From: Lysobacter sp.
Lineage (GTDB): Bacteria; Pseudomonadota; Gammaproteobacteria; Xanthomonadales; Xanthomonadaceae
DNA length: 64,000 nucleotides
NCBI GenBank assembly: GCA_031359875.1
Contig: JANMAO010000187.1
Location: forward strand, 19,208-83,207
Reading direction: 5' to 3'
This document shows, in pieces, positions 48,465 through 57,894 of the stretch (the stretch's first letter is position 1; the number at the start of each line of letters is the position of its first letter). Made by a program: the position numbers and the translations under genes. The notes under the pieces were generated by a model. It did not search any database, was not told the origin of the DNA, and was given only the letters and a program-made list of their open reading frames with translations.

Positions 48465-48737
48465 GTGGCCACAGGATTCAACCGGCTTGTTGTCGGATTG
48501 CTTGCCAAGAGCAGATCTGAACGGAAGTGGCTGATCCGTTCGTTGCGTTCGCATATGCGGACACGTGCAGCTGGCGGCGAGGTACGACCCTTGCGCGCGC
48601 GGAGCATGCGTCTTGGTCTCGGGCAATACCTGTTGTGCGAAGGGTACGACCATCCAGCAAGAACCGTTCTTGCGCCGTGCGTCGCGCTTGCGCTGTACCT
48701 GAGCTCAATCCTCTACATGGTTCTCTGGAACAAATAA
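48465..48737 (+). CDS. Small protein in the trbK position (C-terminal TM)
   Basis: GGAGG RBS; between trbJ and trbL. Confidence 0.45.
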   Translation: MATGFNRLVVGLLAKSRSERKWLIRSLRSHMRTRAAGGEVRPLRARSMRLGLGQYLLCEGYDHPARTVLAPCVALALYLSSILYMVLWNK

Positions 48738-48740
48738 GAC

Positions 48741-50354
48741 ATGGCTATTGGCGCACCTGACCTCGGCAACCTGTCACTACTCCTGCAGCCCATCTTTGAT
48801 GCGGCGAAGACGTACACCAGTTCATTGGTTGAGACCGGCAAGGTTTTTCTCGGGCTTGCGGTGTTGATCGAGCTGGTGAATCTCATCTTTCAGTTTTGGG
48901 TGAAAGGCGGTGCGAACGACCTCATTGCAAAGCTCGTTCGCTTGGCCATCGTCACGTCCATTCCTTTGGCGATGCTTGTTACCTGGCCGGTGCTGCCGAA
49001 CACCCTGATTGATTTTTTTGAGAAGCACGTCAGTGCTGTTTTCTCAGGGGTGTCCGGAGATGCTGCCTCTCAGGTTTCGACGTCCATCAATCACGTCTTC
49101 CGGGCAGTCTGGGGCATGTCGACGGCGGTCGGTCCCGCGAACACATCGGGGGCCGACCACTGGTATTCGTTGCCGTCCGTGACGCGCGCCATGGCGCACA
49201 TGCTCATCTACGTGGTGCTTTTTATACCCGTTTTGTTGCTCGTCATTGCCATGCTCTTCGCGCTGTACGGCCCCATGCTCATGCTCTACATCGGCGTGAT
49301 TTTTGGTCCGATCCTTGTCGCGTGGCTTCCGTTTGAGCCGATGAGCAATCTGGCAACGAAGTGGCTGAACTACATGATCACGATGGGCCTGTCGTTCGCG
49401 ATAGGAATCGGCATGGCATCGATGATGACGACAGCCCTGGGGGCTTTCTCCACAGCCGTAGAGCAGGCGGGCGGCGCTGGCGACACCGTCATGGCTTCGT
49501 TGGCGGGACTTCTTCCGATGGTCGCTGGCATAGCGTTCATTGGTTACATGATGCTCAAGATAGAACACATCGCCGCCGCGCTGGTTGGCGGGCCGTCTGT
49601 GGGTGGCGGCGGTGGCTTCTTCGGCATGGCCGCCGGCATGGCTATGCGTGGTGCAGGATCGAAACCGAAACAATCCACACCGCCCAAGACACCTGGGGGC
49701 GGTGGGGCGGGTGGTGGCAATGGTGGTGGTACTGGTGGTGGTACTGGTGGTGGTACAGCATCCAGTCTGTCGAGTGGCGCGGCACAAACGTCAAGCGCCC
49801 CGGCCCCTTCGGCGGCGGCGGCGGCGGGTGGCCGTGCCGGCGGCGGCAGCAGTTACAGCCCGATAACGCCGCGCGGCGGTGGTACTGGGCGGGGCAGCGC
49901 TCCTGCGATGGCTCCGCGCGGCGGTGGTGGCTCGGGCGACAGCTCGGGCGCATCGGCAGCTTCGGCTCCGTCCAGCGAAGCGCCTGCGTCGGAGTCCGCG
50001 CCCGAGACGAAATCGGCCAATGAAGGCGCGGGCACGCTTGGCCAAAGATTCGCCGAGGGTGTGAAATCCGTCGCCGGCAGTGGCCCGGGGAAACTCGCCA
50101 TGTTCGCCGGGGCGGCTGCAGTGAATCCGGTGGCGGCCCTGGCGGTGGGTGCTTATGCGGTCAGTCCTGCCGTGCGAGGCGGGGTCAATTCTGTTGCGAA
50201 AGGGGTTGCTTCGGGCGGGCGAGCGGTCGGCAGCTTCATGCGCGGCGACGGTTCGCCAAAGCCTACGTCCGGCGGCCCGTCGTCGCGGCCCTCAAGCAAG
50301 CCTCCGTCGTCGTCAAACCGTGGTCCCCGGAGTGGCAAGGGCTCGAGCTCATGA
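48741..50354 (+). CDS. virB6: VirB6/TrbL with Gly/Ser-rich C-terminal tail
   Basis: Multiple TM segments; FGPILVAWLPF; low-complexity tail. Confidence 0.88.
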   Translation: MAIGAPDLGNLSLLLQPIFDAAKTYTSSLVETGKVFLGLAVLIELVNLIFQFWVKGGANDLIAKLVRLAIVTSIPLAMLVTWPVLPNTLIDFFEKHVSAVFSGVSGDAASQVSTSINHVFRAVWGMSTAVGPANTSGADHWYSLPSVTRAMAHMLIYVVLFIPVLLLVIAMLFALYGPMLMLYIGVIFGPILVAWLPFEPMSNLATKWLNYMITMGLSFAIGIGMASMMTTALGAFSTAVEQAGGAGDTVMASLAGLLPMVAGIAFIGYMMLKIEHIAAALVGGPSVGGGGGFFGMAAGMAMRGAGSKPKQSTPPKTPGGGGAGGGNGGGTGGGTGGGTASSLSSGAAQTSSAPAPSAAAAAGGRAGGGSSYSPITPRGGGTGRGSAPAMAPRGGGGSGDSSGASAASAPSSEAPASESAPETKSANEGAGTLGQRFAEGVKSVAGSGPGKLAMFAGAAAVNPVAALAVGAYAVSPAVRGGVNSVAKGVASGGRAVGSFMRGDGSPKPTSGGPSSRPSSKPPSSSNRGPRSGKGSSS

Positions 50355-50357
50355 TGA

Positions 50358-50642
50358 TTACCTGCGTGGTCGGCGCGCGCTGTACTCGCTCCAGTACCAC
50401 CAGGCGATGCACGTACCGGCGAGGGCAAGCCAGAAGAGGGCCAGCATCGGCCGCGCCATCGTGACGCCAGCAATCAGGCCAGCACGCGTGGTGTTTGTGC
50501 TCAGCAGCAGCTCCATGCCCCTGGTCGCAAAGAGTATGGCCAGCGCGCCAAACAACAGAGCTCTCCAGCCGTTGTTCAAGGCATTGGGCTGAAAAAGCTC
50601 GGCAAGTTCACGACGAAGCACGGTCAATTTGGCAGTAGCCAT
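50358..50642 (-). CDS. Small two-TM protein inserted antisense within the T4SS locus
   Basis: GAGGA RBS; two hydrophobic segments. Confidence 0.6.
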   Translation of the reverse strand: MATAKLTVLRRELAELFQPNALNNGWRALLFGALAILFATRGMELLLSTNTTRAGLIAGVTMARPMLALFWLALAGTCIAWWYWSEYSARRPRR

Positions 50643-50652
50643 GGATCCTCCT

Positions 50653-50681
50653 TTGCAGTACGTTGCGCATCATAGTATGAT
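50653..50681 (+). promoter_or_regulatory. Promoter of the virB8-pil operon overlapped by 17-bp box copy 8 (50661-50677)
   Basis: TTGCAG-17 bp-TATGAT; box CGTTGCGCATCATAGTA. Confidence 0.7.
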
Positions 50682-50717
50682 TAAACAGTATCACATTGGA
50701 TTATACGAGAGCTGACC

Positions 50718-51383
50718 ATGTCAAAACCAAAGATCGAGTCCCCGGCATCAGTGGCTGACGAAGAGTTCAGCACGCGGTTGCTGCTCTCGAACGTGAACAC
50801 GCGGTTGACCAAGGTGGCGATCATGACATCAGCCGTGTCGGTGGGCTTGGTCGTGATCCTGTTCCTGTTCCTACCACTCAAGAAGTCGGTGCCTTACGTC
50901 GTCCAGGTGAACAAGACGACGGGCGAGGTCACTGTGCCGGCCGATCAGCTGGCGACCGCGTTTAATCCCACGTGGGACAACGAAGCCTTTTTCGTCCGGC
51001 GTTGGGTGTCGGACCTGTTCACGATCAACCAGTACCTCACGGTCAAGATGACTGATCCCCGCGCCCAGCTTTTCCTGCGCGGGCAGAACGCGATCGCCGA
51101 ATACCACGCGTTTCGCGCGGAAGATGACACCTTCGGCCGGCTGGCGAGCGACCCGTCACTGGTGAGGGATGTGCAGGTCGTGAACCTGACACCCATTGCA
51201 GGGACGCGCAACGGCGCCGTTGCGCAGGTGGCATTGACCACCCACTCAGATGGCAAAACGACGGTCGAGACGAAGCTGATCACGCTGTACTACGTGCTGC
51301 TGCCATCCACGAATCCGGCTGATCTCGCCGAGAATCCCATCGGCATCTACATCACGGACTTCAAGGTTTCGATCAAGAGCTAG
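50718..51383 (+). CDS. virB8: VirB8/TrbF
   Basis: One TM; LPLKKSVPYVVQVNKTTGEV; C-terminal NPIGIYITDF. Confidence 0.9.
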   Translation: MSKPKIESPASVADEEFSTRLLLSNVNTRLTKVAIMTSAVSVGLVVILFLFLPLKKSVPYVVQVNKTTGEVTVPADQLATAFNPTWDNEAFFVRRWVSDLFTINQYLTVKMTDPRAQLFLRGQNAIAEYHAFRAEDDTFGRLASDPSLVRDVQVVNLTPIAGTRNGAVAQVALTTHSDGKTTVETKLITLYYVLLPSTNPADLAENPIGIYITDFKVSIKS

Positions 51384-51422
51384 TTTTCGGATCATTGTGC
51401 ATCACGATCTTCATCAGTTACT

Positions 51423-52400
51423 ATGAAGCGCAACTATCGGCCGGTATCCATGCACTCAAACAAAGCATCTTCCAACTCGTTTTTGCACGGACACCCGCTC
51501 AGGGTGGCGTCCTTTGCTGTCGCGTTGACACTTTTCACGCCGTCAATTCTCGCCGGGACGTTTGGACACCCTCTCGTGCAACGCTTACCGAGCCAACGTG
51601 GCATGGCCGTGGTCGAATCGCACGAAATACCGCCACGCCCCGTGCTCGTTCACACGCCGCAGGTGGTGAGTGCGACGCAAGCGGCACTCGCTGATATCAC
51701 GGCCAGTGATGCTTCCGGCGCCCAGGTTGTGACGCTCTCCTACAGTCCGCACGCGACTTATGACATCCCGCTGCGCGCCGGGATGTTCACGACCTTCTCG
51801 ATCCCGGCCGACGAGCCGATCCAGCAATTCGCCGTGTCGAATCCCGTGGCGGTACAGCTGCAGGTCAACGCGGCCACGAACACGGCCATGCTGAAGCTCG
51901 TGCAGCCGATCACCGTGGTTGGAACGATCGTCACCAAGAAGCACATCTTCTACATCAACATCATGCCCGCCAACGACAACAGTCCCTGGTATCAGGGCGT
52001 GAACTGGTCGTTCGACACACAGACGTTCGGATCGTCGACGTTCGGGCAAGGCGTCTACACGAATCCGGCCGCGGGAGCGACCTTGGCCTCCGCCAGCGAC
52101 TCGGCTTCTGCTGACCCGACCAGCACGCTGTTCACCGGACAGCCCAATTTCGACTACGTGGTAAAGGGCGATGCGCCGTTCCGTCCGCAAGCGGTGTGGG
52201 ACAACGGCCGCTTCACGTGGGTGCAGTTCCCCAAGAACATTCAGGAGCTGCCGGCGCTGTTTGCGGTGGGTGCCAATGGGCTGGAAATCGTCAATTACAC
52301 CGTCCACGACGGTGGCACGCAGATCCTGGTCAATCGCCTGATGCCCGGCTTCGTCCTCAAGCTGGGCAAATCCGAAATTCATGTGACGGCGGATCGCTGA
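51423..52400 (+). CDS. virB9: VirB9/TrbG
   Basis: NFDY..FRPQAVWDNGRFTWVQFP..LPALF..IVNY. Confidence 0.9.
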   Translation: MKRNYRPVSMHSNKASSNSFLHGHPLRVASFAVALTLFTPSILAGTFGHPLVQRLPSQRGMAVVESHEIPPRPVLVHTPQVVSATQAALADITASDASGAQVVTLSYSPHATYDIPLRAGMFTTFSIPADEPIQQFAVSNPVAVQLQVNAATNTAMLKLVQPITVVGTIVTKKHIFYINIMPANDNSPWYQGVNWSFDTQTFGSSTFGQGVYTNPAAGATLASASDSASADPTSTLFTGQPNFDYVVKGDAPFRPQAVWDNGRFTWVQFPKNIQELPALFAVGANGLEIVNYTVHDGGTQILVNRLMPGFVLKLGKSEIHVTADR

Positions 52401-53773
52401 TGGCCTCTACACCCGTCGCCGGCAAGCCGAAAACCGACCGCAAGCTGGTTGGATGGGTGTTTGCCATCTTCATGGTGGGTCTGGTGGTCTACCTCCTGGC
52501 GGTGAAGGGGCCGGATCTTGGTCAGTCGCAGGTTACGGCCAAGAAGGCAGCGGTGGAGAAGAAGGCCGAGGCCCAGCGTTATGCCGCGAAGATTCCGGAT
52601 CCAGCGCGATCGAGCTCCGCACAATTTGATGAGGCGCGCCAAAAGGTAGTGTCGCAGGAGAATGCCGCCGCGGCTGCGGCCGCGGTGCCGCCGCCACCCA
52701 TGGGGCCTGCGGACGTGGCCAACGCGGTAACGCCACCTCCACCCTCGGACATGAATTCCAACGTGGACGCGCTGGAAATGCGTCGACTCGAGCGCGCTCG
52801 CAAGGCCGCGAATGCCTCGCCGACGGGAGCCGGAGCCCCTGCCGCACCGCCGTTCGTTGTCTACGAGGCTGGTGCAGAATCGAAGGGGCATGGGTCGCTG
52901 ATGCAGGCCCCCCTGAAGGCGCTTGACGTGAGTCATTCCGGTGACGCGCCGGCGGGCAGCTCGTCCGCCCAATTTAACGCCGAGTACGCCAAGGAGAACC
53001 CGAATAACGATCCTTCCGTGCAGCAGTCGCAGAAGGACATCGCCAAGTACAAAGCGGAGCAGGCGGCGCGTGATCAGCAGAGGGCTGACGGGGTTGCCGT
53101 CCCGGGCGAGGAAAATCAGCAGTGGCTCTTCCGGCGCCAGAACGAGAAGGTCAAAACGGCCGCCTCCATCATGGCGCAGCGCAACACCGGTCTCTACTGG
53201 TTGGCGCCTGGCACCGTGATCAACGCGGTGATCCTCAATGCCGTCGATACGAGCCTTCCCGGCCACATCACCGCGCGCGTGACCCAGACGACATACGACT
53301 CGCGGTACGGCCGCTACATGGTCATCCCTGCTGGATCGGTGCTCGAGGGTGAGTACAACTCTTCCGTCAAGGACGGGCAAAGGCGCGTGCTGATGGCCTT
53401 CGACACCCTGGTCACGCCAGCGGGCGGCGAAGTCGCGCTCGGGAACATGAGCGCTGGCGATGTGCTTGGTCGCGCGGGTATTGCCGGCACGCTGCACACG
53501 CACTTCTTCAAGCGGATGGGCATCGCCACGTTGATGGCATTCGAGGCCGTCGGGATGGATCGGCTCTCCCGCCAGACGCAGGTCGTAGCCGGGACGGGCG
53601 TCTCCGGCCCGCCGCCCGTCAGCAGTGGCGGCCAGATCATCGTCGATGCCGCGAACGCAGAGCTCAAGCAACAGTTTTCTCTCGGGCCGAACATCACGAT
53701 CCCCGAGGGTGCTCCGATGACCATCATCACCACAGGTGGGATCGAAATCCCGCCTATCGCCAACGCAAGGTGA
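52400..53773 (+). CDS. virB10: VirB10/TrbI
   Basis: TM; GTVINAV..DTSLPG.ITARV..IPAGSVLEGEY..RVLMAF..GRAG..HFFKR..PNITI. Confidence 0.93.
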   Translation: MASTPVAGKPKTDRKLVGWVFAIFMVGLVVYLLAVKGPDLGQSQVTAKKAAVEKKAEAQRYAAKIPDPARSSSAQFDEARQKVVSQENAAAAAAAVPPPPMGPADVANAVTPPPPSDMNSNVDALEMRRLERARKAANASPTGAGAPAAPPFVVYEAGAESKGHGSLMQAPLKALDVSHSGDAPAGSSSAQFNAEYAKENPNNDPSVQQSQKDIAKYKAEQAARDQQRADGVAVPGEENQQWLFRRQNEKVKTAASIMAQRNTGLYWLAPGTVINAVILNAVDTSLPGHITARVTQTTYDSRYGRYMVIPAGSVLEGEYNSSVKDGQRRVLMAFDTLVTPAGGEVALGNMSAGDVLGRAGIAGTLHTHFFKRMGIATLMAFEAVGMDRLSRQTQVVAGTGVSGPPPVSSGGQIIVDAANAELKQQFSLGPNITIPEGAPMTIITTGGIEIPPIANAR

Positions 53774-53777
53774 CACA

Positions 53778-54614
53778 GTGACTATCCGGACAAGAAAAGC
53801 GGTACTGACGTGTGCGCTCGGTGTGGCTTTTGCCGCGTCACTTTCAGGATGCGCATCGTTTGGCACACGGCTAGGCGCTGGCAACATCGTGTCAGCGCGC
53901 CCAGCCGCGGTATCTGTCGATGCCACGGCGGATTGGTCGTGGTCGGTTTCTGGCGATATGGCCGTCCGTCCGCTTCAGGTGTTTTCGCTCAACGGGAAGA
54001 CCTATCTCCAGATGCGCGCAGGGCAGCTGATTCCCGCCGTCATTGTGGAGGGGCAACCGGTGCCCTTCACGATCTCTGCGCCTTACATTGTGGTGCAGGG
54101 GAAACCAGCCCGCATTGACCTGCTGGCGAGTGGCTACCGTGCCGTATTGGTGCACCGCGGCCCGGTGGACATGCCTGAGAACCCTGTGGTGCCCGATCGC
54201 GTCCAGCGAATCTCTGACGACAGCAATCTGTCATCCGGCACCCAGACATACCCCGCAGCGCCACGCGGGGATGGCGCCCGCGAGATCATCCGTGAGCCGC
54301 TGCCGGTCGCGCCGACAGGCAGCCATCGCGCGATTGTCGATGCCGATGCTGCGCGCCAGCGCGTATGGCGGATCAACCCCGATCAACGCTTGCTGTCTCT
54401 CGCTCTGGCCGACTGGTCACGCTCAGCGGGCATTCGTCTGGTGTGGAAGTCCCGTGTGGACGTACCGATCACCGGCGCGGCCGAGTACCACGACGGATCG
54501 TTCCTTGTGGCCATGAGCCATGCCTTGGCCGATGCCAGCGGTGGTGGCTATCGCTTCTTCTTCTCGATGACGGGCAACCAAACGGTGACCGTTGTTGCTA
54601 TTCGTGCCTCCTGA
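53778..54614 (+). CDS. PilL-like lipoprotein with TcpQ domain
   Basis: LSGC lipobox; PLQVFSLNGKTYLQ; LSLALADWS..GIRLVW. Confidence 0.7.
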   Translation: MTIRTRKAVLTCALGVAFAASLSGCASFGTRLGAGNIVSARPAAVSVDATADWSWSVSGDMAVRPLQVFSLNGKTYLQMRAGQLIPAVIVEGQPVPFTISAPYIVVQGKPARIDLLASGYRAVLVHRGPVDMPENPVVPDRVQRISDDSNLSSGTQTYPAAPRGDGAREIIREPLPVAPTGSHRAIVDADAARQRVWRINPDQRLLSLALADWSRSAGIRLVWKSRVDVPITGAAEYHDGSFLVAMSHALADASGGGYRFFFSMTGNQTVTVVAIRAS

Positions 54615-54627
54615 CTCCGGCGAACTG

Positions 54628-55503
54628 ATGAAAACGACACTCCTCACCCTTTCCGTCCTCGCCGCGGCCGCCACGCTCCACGCCGCGCCGGCACGCGCCT
54701 CCGCCATGACCCAGGCGTGGGAGCAACCCACCATGCCAACAGGGCTTTCGGTACACGCTGGCTCTGCGCCAATCGAGCAGGCCCTCAGCACCATCATCCC
54801 CGTGCCCTACCGCATTGCACTCGACCAGTCAGTGCCGGCGTCCGCGATCATCGTCTGGCCGGCAGGCAATGACTGGATGAAGGTGCTGCGCGCCGCGGTG
54901 GCGCCCCTGGATCTCTACGTGGAGCCGGACTGGAAGAGCAACACCATTCGCGTGGTGCATTGGTCTCCGGGCACGTCAACTGACAACGCCGGATTCCCCG
55001 AGCGTCGCATGCCCACACCCTCCGCTGGCACGTATCGCATGCCAGCATCAGGGCCTGTATCCGGCACGCCATCAGGCGCCCCCGGCTTCAAGCCGCTTCC
55101 CACGTTACCTGCAGGGGCGCTCCCGATCATCGAGACGCTTCCGCCTGGTGAGCGCGCCCCTGCCACTGCCGCTGCGTTCAAACCGAACCCGCACTCTGCG
55201 GCGGCGTCCGTGGCCGCGCCGCCAGCGCCGGGCGCGAGCATCTATGTCATTCCGTCCGGCACCATGCTTTCGCAGGGCTTGACCAACTACGTCAAGCGGT
55301 TCGGCTGGTCGATGCGCTGGAACGTCAAGGACGACTACATGCTGGATGCACCCTTGCCGATTCCGGCCGGGTCGGTGTCGAAGGGTGTGACCTTCGTCGT
55401 GCACACCTATCAGATGCAGGGCGGCCTCTTGGGCGACACACCGCTCTTTGCCACGCCCAACCGCGTCGTCGTCATCCAGCCAGCTGCCATCCGGGAGAAC
55501 TAA
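54628..55503 (+). CDS. Exported TcpQ-domain protein (PilL-like)
   Basis: Signal peptide; ALSTIIP..VWPAGNDWMKVL; C-terminal GTMLSQGL..FGWSMRW. Confidence 0.7.
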   Translation: MKTTLLTLSVLAAAATLHAAPARASAMTQAWEQPTMPTGLSVHAGSAPIEQALSTIIPVPYRIALDQSVPASAIIVWPAGNDWMKVLRAAVAPLDLYVEPDWKSNTIRVVHWSPGTSTDNAGFPERRMPTPSAGTYRMPASGPVSGTPSGAPGFKPLPTLPAGALPIIETLPPGERAPATAAAFKPNPHSAAASVAAPPAPGASIYVIPSGTMLSQGLTNYVKRFGWSMRWNVKDDYMLDAPLPIPAGSVSKGVTFVVHTYQMQGGLLGDTPLFATPNRVVVIQPAAIREN

Positions 55504-57191
55504 TGATCCGCATTCGCCTCACTGCCGTTGCCTGCGCCCTCGCTGTACTGACGGGCTGCACCACCATGGCGGACATCAACCATAAGTCACTCGCCGATTA
55601 CGCCAAGACCCAACAGCAGGTGAGTTCCACTCTCACCAGCTTCCACGGCAAGAATCACGCGGTCGAACAGCCTTCGATCATGTCCAACATGCCTTACGTC
55701 AACACCCACTCGGTGAACCACAACGGCACGTACCCGTCTTCATTCTTCGAGCCGGCAACGCTCAATAGCCCGTCGCAGCGCGTGTGGGTGTTGATGCAGC
55801 GGATCCAGTCGATGACAGGCATTGCCGTGCAGACGGACGATGATCTGCTTGACGGCGCCAGCAGTGGCGGCAACCTCCCGCCAGCACCGTCTGGGGCGAT
55901 GGATTCGACATTGATGCCCCCGAGTGCCGGCGGTTCCTCCGTGGGAGGCCAGGGAGGCGCGGGCAGGGCTTTTATCGGCCCCATTTCCTACCAGGGCACG
56001 ATGAAAGGCTTGCTCGACACGATCGCGGGCAACATGGATGCCACGTGGTCGTATGACGCGAACACGCGCGCGATTCATTTCTTCCGCTACGAGACGCGAA
56101 CTTTTCACATTGCCACCGTTCCGGGCGATGCAACAACGACGTCGTCGATCGACAGTGGCAGCTCCAGTGGCGTCCAGGGCGGCCAAGGTCAGACGATGAA
56201 GATCGCTCAGAGTAAGACGAACACGCAGTTCGAGGGCAAGCTCTCGGTGTGGTCAACGCTGCAGACGAACCTCAAACCCATGCTCTCCCGTGGTGGCTCG
56301 ATCAGCATTTCGGAGCCAACGGCTTCGATCACTGTGCGCGATCGCTGGGATCGCGTTGAAGCGATTTCCAAGTTCATCCAGCAGATGAATAAGTCGCTCG
56401 CAACACAGGTTGAGGTCAACGTGACGGTGTACCGCGTGCACGCGGCGGACTCCGATAACCGCGGTATCAACTGGTCGGTGCTCTACAACGCGCTCGGGCA
56501 GTCCGCATCGACGATGGGAGTGCATATTTCCACGCCTCGGCCAACGGCGTCAGGGCTGTCTTCGCTGATCCTCAATACGCCGACCGTTCGCCCGGATGGT
56601 ACGACCCCGCCGTTCTCCGGTTCCCAGTTTTTCCTCGATGCGCTATCCACGCTGGGCAAGACCAGCGTCGTGACCAATGCCTCCGTCGAGACGGTCAACA
56701 ACACGCCGGCGCCGCTGAAAGTGATTCAGACGACAGCCTACGTTGCTCAGACCACCAGCCTCCTGACTACCGGCGTCAGTTCAGGCACCTCCGGCGTGGT
56801 CGGCGCGGGCGCCACGTTGACGCCGGGGCAGGTGGAGACGGGCTTCACCATGCAGGTGCTCCCGAGCGTGCAGGAGGACGGCCATCGTCTGCTGCTCCAG
56901 GTCATGCTCTCGCTTTCCACGCTCGACAGCCTGCCCTCGTTTTCCAGTGGTGGCGAAACGATCCAGCTCCCGCAGGTTTCCGCGCGCGAGTTCATGCAGC
57001 GCGTGTGGATGAAGTCCGGGCAGGCTCTCGTGCTGGCTGGCTTTCAGAACACCGAAGCTGACAACACCACGCAAACCCCGTTGAGCAAGTCACTGTGGGC
57101 CTTCGGCGGAAACCGCGCGGTGAATCGAGCACATGATGCACTGGTCATCGTGATCACGCCGGTCGCCAGCTCCCCCCAGACCACCCTCTAA
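55503..57191 (+). CDS. pilN: Type IVb pilus secretin (lipoprotein)
   Basis: LTGC lipobox; YETRTF; ITVRD; QVEVNV; RGINW; ETGFTMQVLP; IQLPQV; LVIVITP. Confidence 0.92.
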   Translation: MIRIRLTAVACALAVLTGCTTMADINHKSLADYAKTQQQVSSTLTSFHGKNHAVEQPSIMSNMPYVNTHSVNHNGTYPSSFFEPATLNSPSQRVWVLMQRIQSMTGIAVQTDDDLLDGASSGGNLPPAPSGAMDSTLMPPSAGGSSVGGQGGAGRAFIGPISYQGTMKGLLDTIAGNMDATWSYDANTRAIHFFRYETRTFHIATVPGDATTTSSIDSGSSSGVQGGQGQTMKIAQSKTNTQFEGKLSVWSTLQTNLKPMLSRGGSISISEPTASITVRDRWDRVEAISKFIQQMNKSLATQVEVNVTVYRVHAADSDNRGINWSVLYNALGQSASTMGVHISTPRPTASGLSSLILNTPTVRPDGTTPPFSGSQFFLDALSTLGKTSVVTNASVETVNNTPAPLKVIQTTAYVAQTTSLLTTGVSSGTSGVVGAGATLTPGQVETGFTMQVLPSVQEDGHRLLLQVMLSLSTLDSLPSFSSGGETIQLPQVSAREFMQRVWMKSGQALVLAGFQNTEADNTTQTPLSKSLWAFGGNRAVNRAHDALVIVITPVASSPQTTL

Positions 57192-57206
57192 CTGACGGCC
57201 CCTGAC

Positions 57207-57881
57207 ATGAAGATTCCGCATTCTCTCAGCGTGTCCACTGGTATTGCGCTTGCAATGACCGTCGGTAGCGCCCTCGCTTTTACCCCGTCCTCGATGGTTC
57301 ACGCTTCTCTGGCCAATGCGGTTGCGGCGGTCCCGCAGCCGGCCACGTCGAGCACGGTGGTTCATCAGCCCACCATGGTTCCTCCTGCCGCGAACTCGGC
57401 GCAGGCTGCGGGCGCGGTGAGCACCTCTACCCGTCTTCAGTCGATTCCCAGTGAGGATGCGGCGTTCTTTCTCAGTGAGGCATCTCTTCAGCGTCAACTT
57501 CAAATTCTGAAGCTCAAGACGCAGATTGCCGACCTCAAGAAGAAGCTCGCCTCGAGCGAAGGGGACTCCTCACAGATCCTTCCTGCAGCGCCTATCGCGA
57601 TTGCGCCGCCGCCGATGGGTTCCGGTGGCCAGCGTGGCGCCGGCAGCGCGGTCATTTCATCGCTGGCGATCCCCGAGTCGGGCGCTCCGCAGCCCTTGAG
57701 CGTGGTGTCTGTCATGGGTATCGCTGGCGAATACCGGGCCGAGCTGGTTGATCACGGTGTCCACATGTCCGTCCAGGAGGGCAATGTCCTCACGGACGGT
57801 TGGCATGTCGATCGGATTACCCCGACCGCCGTCGTCCTGAGAAAGGGCCGCCAGCACAAGACGGTTCACATCGGCGAGTGA
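57207..57881 (+). CDS. pilP: Type IVb pilus biogenesis protein PilP-like
   Basis: Signal peptide, coiled coil, C-terminal VVSVMG..AEL..GNVLTDGWHVDRIT. Confidence 0.7.
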   Translation: MKIPHSLSVSTGIALAMTVGSALAFTPSSMVHASLANAVAAVPQPATSSTVVHQPTMVPPAANSAQAAGAVSTSTRLQSIPSEDAAFFLSEASLQRQLQILKLKTQIADLKKKLASSEGDSSQILPAAPIAIAPPPMGSGGQRGAGSAVISSLAIPESGAPQPLSVVSVMGIAGEYRAELVDHGVHMSVQEGNVLTDGWHVDRITPTAVVLRKGRQHKTVHIGE

Positions 57882-57894
57882 CCGCGGAGTTTTC

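Noticed and set aside
48541-48557. Partial matches to the 17-bp box (also near 524 and 10683)
   Set aside because: They lack the WWGTA end at the correct spacing, and those at 48541 and 10683 lie inside CDS.
49695-49760. GGTGGTGGTACT tandem repeats
   Set aside because: They simply encode the Gly-rich tail typical of TrbL/VirB6.
52379-53926. Long antisense ORFs (e.g. 52379-53926, 4638-5729, 32341-33252, 60791-61906)
   Set aside because: Shadow frames of well-supported genes in GC-rich DNA.
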